Shown: in pieces, positions 58,493 through 64,000 of the stretch
Numbering within the stretch: the first letter of the stretch is position 1
How the letters are laid out: every line of letters begins with the position of its first letter
Origin: Treponemataceae bacterium
Lineage (GTDB): Bacteria; Spirochaetota; Spirochaetia; Treponematales; Rectinemataceae
NCBI GenBank assembly: GCA_963678065.2
Contig: CAXXVZ010000003.1
Coordinates: forward strand, 864,001 to 928,000
Reading direction: 5' to 3'
DNA length: 64,000 bases
Made by a program: the position numbers and the translations under genes
The notes under the pieces: generated by a model
Databases searched by the model: none
Seen by the model: the letters and a program-made list of their open reading frames with translations, nothing else
What the model was told of the DNA's origin: nothing

Positions 58493-61009
58493 TTACAGCG
58501 GCTGTGTGATGCTCAGGACGAACTCGAGCCCAGTTCCCGAAGTCTTCCATGTGACCGCGCTGCCGTCGAAGGTGAAGCGTTTCAGGAAGTAGAAGCGGAA
58601 CGGAAACTGCGAGATCGCGAACCTGAAGCCGAATCCCGTGCTGAAGGCCATATTGTCCCAGCCGAGATCCGCGAAAGTCGGCTTCGTCGGATCGGCGGCG
58701 GGCGCAGTGCCCGTCATGTCCATGAGTCCCTTCGTGGACTGCATCGCGGCCGCATCGAGGAAGCCATCGAGCCAGAGAACCTGGTCGATGAGTGGCATGC
58801 GCAGTTCGATGGAGTTTTCCCAGAATGCCACGCCACTCTGACCGTAGAGGCTCTTCCAGCCGCGGGCGTTGAAGGTTCCGTCGAGACTGATGTAGCTGTC
58901 GACGACGCTCAAGGCCGTGCCGGGCTGGGCGAAGAGTGCCTGGAAGCCGGAGTGGACGCCGAGAACCCACTTGAAGCGCCAGGCATCGGTGATGGGGATG
59001 TTGAAGATGGTCGCGTAGGCTTCGAGCTTGGTCTCTGACTTGATGAAGTGCTGGTACTCGAAGGGGAAGAAGCCGTTCCAGGTCAGGCGCTCTCCTGCGA
59101 AGAATCCCGAGGAGGGGTTGTACCAGAGGTCGAGGTTGTTGAGGTAGACCCGGGTCGTGAACTTGTTGTCTATGAGCCACTGCCCGACGTACTGCCGCAT
59201 GGACTTGAGGTAGGGTCTGTACTTGTCGGAATCGTAGTCCCAGCGGGTCACGCCGAAGGAGAGGCCCGCGTTGAGGCCGACATCACCCGCCGGCGTGTGG
59301 AACGAGTAGCCGGAAGAGGCGCCGATGCTCGACGACCAGTCCTCGTAGGGCATGAGATACTCGTCGGGGATGGAGGAGAGGGAGCCATCCCAGGGATTCG
59401 TTCCGGTATTGATGCCGTTGAAGGGATCGGGAATGTCTTCATCGGTATAGATCGGATCGAGACTGTCCTGTCCTGTGGTCTTGGACGCGTGGGAGAAGGA
59501 AAGGTCGATGCTGTACGATATCCTCTTGCCGAAGAGCCAGTTCTCGCCGTAGCCGAAAACGAGGCTCTGTGTGTCGGGGGAGCCGGTACCTTCGATCTTG
59601 AGAGTCCTGCCCATGCCAAGGAAGTTGCGGTCGTTCCACTTCACCTGGCCCGAAATCGGGAAGGTGTTGGGGTCGCCGAACCCGCTCAGGGTCACGCCGA
59701 ACTGGATGTTGGCCGTGCTCTGCTCCTCGACGGCTATGGAGAGATCCATGAGATTCTCCGCCGAGCCCTGCTGCATGTCGGGCTGGACAGCCGAGAAGTA
59801 CTGGAGATTGTAGAGATTGCGCAGGCCCTCGACGATTTTAGCCTTGGAGAAGATGTCGCCGACCTCGAGAGGCATCTCGCGCGAAAGGACGAAATCCTTG
59901 GTCTTCGTGTTGCCCTTGAAGCTGATGGTCGCGATGTGGGCGCGGTCGCGCTCGACGATCTTGATCTCGTAGGCTATCGACACGGAGGCGGGGTCCCTCT
60001 TCTCGACCATGTCGATCGTGTTGAAGATGTAGCCCGACTCGTAGTACAGGTCGTCGATCCTCTGTTTGTCCTGGTTGAGCTTGCGCTCGCTGAGGAGGGC
60101 TCCGGTCTTCTGGTAGACTTGCGCGGAGAGCTTCGCGGTGGAGAACACCTTGTTCCCGGTGAACGTGATTCCGCCGAAGGTCCACTGCTTGCCTTCCGAC
60201 AGGGCGAAGGTGAGGACAAGCCAGGTCTTTCCGCTCTTCGCGTCCTTGTCGTAAGTCCTGATGACATCGAGTATGCGGGCGTCGATGTATCCCTTGTTCC
60301 TGTAATAGCTCAGTATGGCCTGCTTGCTCGACTCCAGCTGGGACTCCTGGAAGATACCGCTCTGGAAGAGGGCGGCCTCCTTCAGCTCCATCTGGCCTTT
60401 GAGGATATTGGCGGATACGGCCGAGTTGCCTGTAAACCTGAGTTCGCGGACGGCGACTTTGGACCCTTCGGTGATCTTGAACGAGAGGACAATCTTGCCC
60501 GCATCGTTCCCCGGGCTGGATGACCAGGACAGGGCCGCGTCGGGATAGCCTTTTTCAGCGTAGAGTTTGCGCAGGGCGGCGAGATCAGAGGCGGCCTTGT
60601 CGGCGTTGAAGATTGTCCCTTCCTTGGAAACGATGACTCCGAGGAGCTCGTTGGTCCGCAAGCCCTCGTTGCCGGCGAAGCGGACGGCCTCGACAGAAGG
60701 TTTTTCCGTCACGGTGAACTTGATGACGACGCGGGTTTTGGTCTCGTTGGCGGGGAGGGCCACCGGTTCGATAGTCTCGAACCAGTCGAGTCCGTAGACG
60801 GCAGCCTGTATCTCCAGCCAGTTCTCTTCAGTGAAAGTCTTCCCGACATAGGGTCGGGTCACCGCGTCGAGTTCCTTGCGTGGCGCCTGCTTGAGACCTT
60901 CCCACTGGACCGATTCTATGGGTTTGTTCCAGAACCAGTCGTCGGCGGTCTGCGCGCCGAGGACGGCAGCCGACAGGGCCAGGACAAGGAGGGCGATGCT
61001 GTGCTTCAT
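58493..61009 (-). CDS. bamA: Outer membrane assembly factor BamA
   Basis: POTRA repeats (GNTKTKD.VL.RE), NFLGMG, ARGW, C-terminal beta-barrel. Confidence 0.93.
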   Translation of the reverse strand: MKHSIALLVLALSAAVLGAQTADDWFWNKPIESVQWEGLKQAPRKELDAVTRPYVGKTFTEENWLEIQAAVYGLDWFETIEPVALPANETKTRVVIKFTVTEKPSVEAVRFAGNEGLRTNELLGVIVSKEGTIFNADKAASDLAALRKLYAEKGYPDAALSWSSSPGNDAGKIVLSFKITEGSKVAVRELRFTGNSAVSANILKGQMELKEAALFQSGIFQESQLESSKQAILSYYRNKGYIDARILDVIRTYDKDAKSGKTWLVLTFALSEGKQWTFGGITFTGNKVFSTAKLSAQVYQKTGALLSERKLNQDKQRIDDLYYESGYIFNTIDMVEKRDPASVSIAYEIKIVERDRAHIATISFKGNTKTKDFVLSREMPLEVGDIFSKAKIVEGLRNLYNLQYFSAVQPDMQQGSAENLMDLSIAVEEQSTANIQFGVTLSGFGDPNTFPISGQVKWNDRNFLGMGRTLKIEGTGSPDTQSLVFGYGENWLFGKRISYSIDLSFSHASKTTGQDSLDPIYTDEDIPDPFNGINTGTNPWDGSLSSIPDEYLMPYEDWSSSIGASSGYSFHTPAGDVGLNAGLSFGVTRWDYDSDKYRPYLKSMRQYVGQWLIDNKFTTRVYLNNLDLWYNPSSGFFAGERLTWNGFFPFEYQHFIKSETKLEAYATIFNIPITDAWRFKWVLGVHSGFQALFAQPGTALSVVDSYISLDGTFNARGWKSLYGQSGVAFWENSIELRMPLIDQVLWLDGFLDAAAMQSTKGLMDMTGTAPAADPTKPTFADLGWDNMAFSTGFGFRFAISQFPFRFYFLKRFTFDGSAVTWKTSGTGLEFVLSITQPL

Positions 61010-61025
61010 GGTGCTCCTCACGGAT

Positions 61026-64000
61026 TCAAAAGGAAATTTTCCAACTCAGACTGAGGCTTTGGTCGCTGATAAACAAACTATCGGAGAGACTCGGGGATAC
61101 ATTCCATCGCAACAATCCGAAAGGAGTTTCAAATTCAACGCCGAATTCGGAGTCTAGACGCAAATTGGTCGAGGTAACAAGAGGGTCCTCTTTGAGACGG
61201 AGGGCGGCGTGGAGGAAGGCGGATTTGCCGAGGAATTTGCCCGCGTAGAGGTATGTGTTGTCGAGGTAGCTGCCTAGGCTGTTCCCGCTGCTGCCCACGA
61301 CGACGGGTTGGGAGATGTCATAAAGCCAGCGTTGGAAGAAACTGCTCCGGAGGTAGAAGACGTCGAGTCCGAGCGCTTCCCTGACACGCCACTCGAAGGC
61401 TTTGACCACATTGAGCTGGGGCAGGAATTCGGAGGAGCCGATGAAAGCTTCCCTGAGCCCCACCTCGCCCGATGAACCGGTGGAGAGAACACCTCCTCCG
61501 AGCAGGGAAACGAGCTGTGCCTCCGTCATGGTGGGATCGGAGCTCAGCCTCGGATTGAGGTTGGACAGGGGGCTGCGGTCGGCGCTGAGAGTGATGGTCA
61601 CGGGGCCTTTCGTATCCACTTCACGCAGCTCGGCCGACAGGCTGATCCGAGGATCGAAATAGGCGTTGGACTCGGCGAATTCGACCTGTCCGCTCTTGAG
61701 GAAGAAATTGCGCAGATAATAGAAGGCGTAGCCGCTGCGCAGGACGAGGATCCCGTCCAATTTGAAATCGCCGGACTCCTGGTCGAATTTGAGTTTGAGG
61801 GCGCTCGATGGATCCGCGCTGCCGGTGATGAGGGGCAGATCCTTGGAAGGAAGGAATACCTGAACCCTGCGTCCGAAGCCGAATTGCGCATCCAGATAGA
61901 CCTTGATGCCATCCTGCGGAGCCTGCGCCTCGCCCTGTCCCATGAAAAGTCCGGGATTGACCACTACGTCCCCGCTCTCCAGATTCATCGTTCCAACGAG
62001 TTCGAGGAGTTCTCCCTTGAGTTCGGCGTTCAGGTTGACGTGCGCGACGCCTTTCTCGATGAGGATGCCCGCTATCTTGCCGGACACGCCGACCGTGGCG
62101 TTGCCTTTCGTGTTGAGCTTGCCCGAGAGGCTTGCGAGATTCCAGTGATCGAGGCTCACCTGAAGGGAGAGTTCGGCCGCTCCGTTGCCTATAGAGACCT
62201 TCGGCGCCGAGAAATAGAGGTTCTTTCCTTCCAGTACAAGGGGGACGGAGAAGGGACCGATGGGCTCCTCGAGGTAGCCCTGAAGGCGGACTACGACATC
62301 CTTCAGATTGAGGTTTCCGTTCAGGTCGGGGTCGTCCAGGGGGCCCGCGACGGTGAAAGATCCCGATGCCTTGCCTTTTTCGATCCGGAGGAGCCCCTCG
62401 GTCACGTCGGGACCGAGATCCGCGAAGTTGAGCTCGAACCCGGAGACGGCGGCGGCGATGACGCCTTCCCTGAATGTCCCTTTGATCTTCGCGACGACAG
62501 GAACGGGCCGAGAGAGATTCAGTTCGAAATTCCCGTCTTTTTCGTAACGGCCGGAGACTTCGTCCCCCTCGCTGTCGACGGATATCCTGCCACTCTGACT
62601 CACGACGTTGATTCGCCATTCAGAAATGTCGATCCGCCGGAAGGTCAGGGATTGGACATCAAGTTTGAGGTTGTAGGAATCGACGATGGAGGAGAATGAA
62701 GAGCCCGAAGGAGCTCCCGAGGTTCCTGACCCTTTGATCACGGTCTGCAGTCTGTCGCTGCCGAAGACCCCCGTGTACGGGATGGCGAAATCGAGCGCTC
62801 CGCTCGCGGGATCCAGGGAGACCGACGCGCCCGTTATCTCGTGGTTTATGTAAGAAGCGTCGAGCTTCGTCACATTGAAGACGCCTTTATCCAGATTCCC
62901 CGTGAAGGAAAGACTGAGGGGAACCGAGTTGTATTCGCCATTAGCCAGCTTCCCGGAAAAAACCGCGAGAGGAAGGCCCGAAAGTCCTGGCGCGGCGAGG
63001 TCGAAGGCACCATCGAAGGAAGCAGTCATGTCGAGTTCTCCGCGGATGCCCGTCCCGGGAGAATCGGGATTCTGCGCCTTCATGGTGGCGGAAAGATCAT
63101 TGATCAGATTCCCGGCCGTGGCCTGGAGAGAATTCTCGTCCGCGGCCGCGGAGAGAGCAGTTCCTGCGGCGGTCGAAACAGCCGGAGTTGCGGTATTGTC
63201 TGGAATTGTAGGACTGGCAGAAGCTCTGCTCTCGCCAGAAAGACCTCCACCGAAGAGACGCTCGATGGGGAATCCCTTGAGGTCGATGGAACCCTTGAGC
63301 GAGCCGTCACGGTATCCCGCATCCACACTCCAGCTCTCCTGCCCCCACCTCCCCCTCTCTCCTTCACCCCCTTCCCGTTCCAGCCTCCCCTTCACCTCCA
63401 CCCCACCCTTCACCTCTTCCCCATACCGGATACTCACCGGCCCTTTCAGCTTCCTTCCCCACCCCTCCACCACCACTTCCGCCAGCTCCACCTCCCCTGC
63501 CTTCCCCTTCAGACTCCCCCTTATCTTCGGTATCGGACTCTCCTTACCCCCCGCTCCCGCCACCGAAAACTCCACCCCCTCGACCCTCCACTCCTTCCCA
63601 CTACGATACTCTCCCTTCCCCCTCGCCATCACATTCACCACACCCATCCCTTTCCCCATCGGGACCGGCACACCTCCCACTCCAAACCCTACCGCGTACC
63701 CTCCCCCTGCTTCCCGCTGCACCTCCACCTCGATCCCGTAATCCCCCTTCGCCTCCACACTCCCGTCCGCCTTCGCTTTCCCCTCTATCCCGTACTCGAT
63801 CCCTTCATACTTCGCTTTCACCCGAAACCTCAGATCCCCTCCTGCCTCAAAATCTACCCGCCCCTCCCCCTCGACTTCCTTACCCCCCGCCTCGATCTTC
63901 ACGTTCTTCACTTCCGCGTAGTCCCCGTTCCCCACTCCCGCACATCCCAGACTGAACCCTTCCCCTCCACTCACCTTCATCCCCGGCGCGTTCCACGACA
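61026..64000 (-). CDS. tamB: TamB/AsmA-like translocation protein, partial (N-terminus beyond window)
   Basis: Beta-taco-like repeats; DUF490-like C-terminus (FDPRISLSAE, LSSDPTMT..Q, LSLSWKISF); directly upstream of bamA; frame open to window edge. Confidence 0.8.
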   Translation of the reverse strand, partial: SWNAPGMKVSGGEGFSLGCAGVGNGDYAEVKNVKIEAGGKEVEGEGRVDFEAGGDLRFRVKAKYEGIEYGIEGKAKADGSVEAKGDYGIEVEVQREAGGGYAVGFGVGGVPVPMGKGMGVVNVMARGKGEYRSGKEWRVEGVEFSVAGAGGKESPIPKIRGSLKGKAGEVELAEVVVEGWGRKLKGPVSIRYGEEVKGGVEVKGRLEREGGEGERGRWGQESWSVDAGYRDGSLKGSIDLKGFPIERLFGGGLSGESRASASPTIPDNTATPAVSTAAGTALSAAADENSLQATAGNLINDLSATMKAQNPDSPGTGIRGELDMTASFDGAFDLAAPGLSGLPLAVFSGKLANGEYNSVPLSLSFTGNLDKGVFNVTKLDASYINHEITGASVSLDPASGALDFAIPYTGVFGSDRLQTVIKGSGTSGAPSGSSFSSIVDSYNLKLDVQSLTFRRIDISEWRINVVSQSGRISVDSEGDEVSGRYEKDGNFELNLSRPVPVVAKIKGTFREGVIAAAVSGFELNFADLGPDVTEGLLRIEKGKASGSFTVAGPLDDPDLNGNLNLKDVVVRLQGYLEEPIGPFSVPLVLEGKNLYFSAPKVSIGNGAAELSLQVSLDHWNLASLSGKLNTKGNATVGVSGKIAGILIEKGVAHVNLNAELKGELLELVGTMNLESGDVVVNPGLFMGQGEAQAPQDGIKVYLDAQFGFGRRVQVFLPSKDLPLITGSADPSSALKLKFDQESGDFKLDGILVLRSGYAFYYLRNFFLKSGQVEFAESNAYFDPRISLSAELREVDTKGPVTITLSADRSPLSNLNPRLSSDPTMTEAQLVSLLGGGVLSTGSSGEVGLREAFIGSSEFLPQLNVVKAFEWRVREALGLDVFYLRSSFFQRWLYDISQPVVVGSSGNSLGSYLDNTYLYAGKFLGKSAFLHAALRLKEDPLVTSTNLRLDSEFGVEFETPFGLLRWNVSPSLSDSLFISDQSLSLSWKISF

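Noticed and set aside
58493..58530. BamA lacking a terminal aromatic residue (ends ITQPL)
   Set aside because: The preceding strand LEFVLSI is a plausible final beta strand, and I recall similar endings in treponemal BamA; no sign of truncation.

Overview
Spirochaete chromosome segment (Treponema/Spirochaetales-like, judged by long-form GreA, femX-metG adjacency, and the tamB-bamA-skp-mutS and rimP-nusA-infB-rbfA-truB-ribF-rpsO-pnp-dut-lptFG gene order). Positions ~1-15164 are the right part of an integrated island ending at a duplicated 3' half of tRNA-Gly(TCC) (att site). The island carries: (i) an attC-like hairpin split by a 2.5-kb element encoding a tyrosine recombinase plus an IS91-like HUH/Y2 transposase and bounded by 19-bp terminal inverted repeats; (ii) a DUF72-inactive Y-polymerase-DnaE mutagenesis cassette; (iii) a phage-satellite-like xis/rep module; (iv) an AT-rich lipoprotein; (v) a cluster of IS remnants (IS5, IS1634, IS110 with a long structured leader, IS256). 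Positions ~15.5-64 kb are mostly core genes. Oddities there include PPDK with a ~166-aa histone H1/AT-hook-like tail, IF2 with 78-bp Gly/Tyr/Gln tandem repeats, and a strongly C-depleted, purine-rich block in tamB. All calls come from reading motifs by eye; no searches were run.
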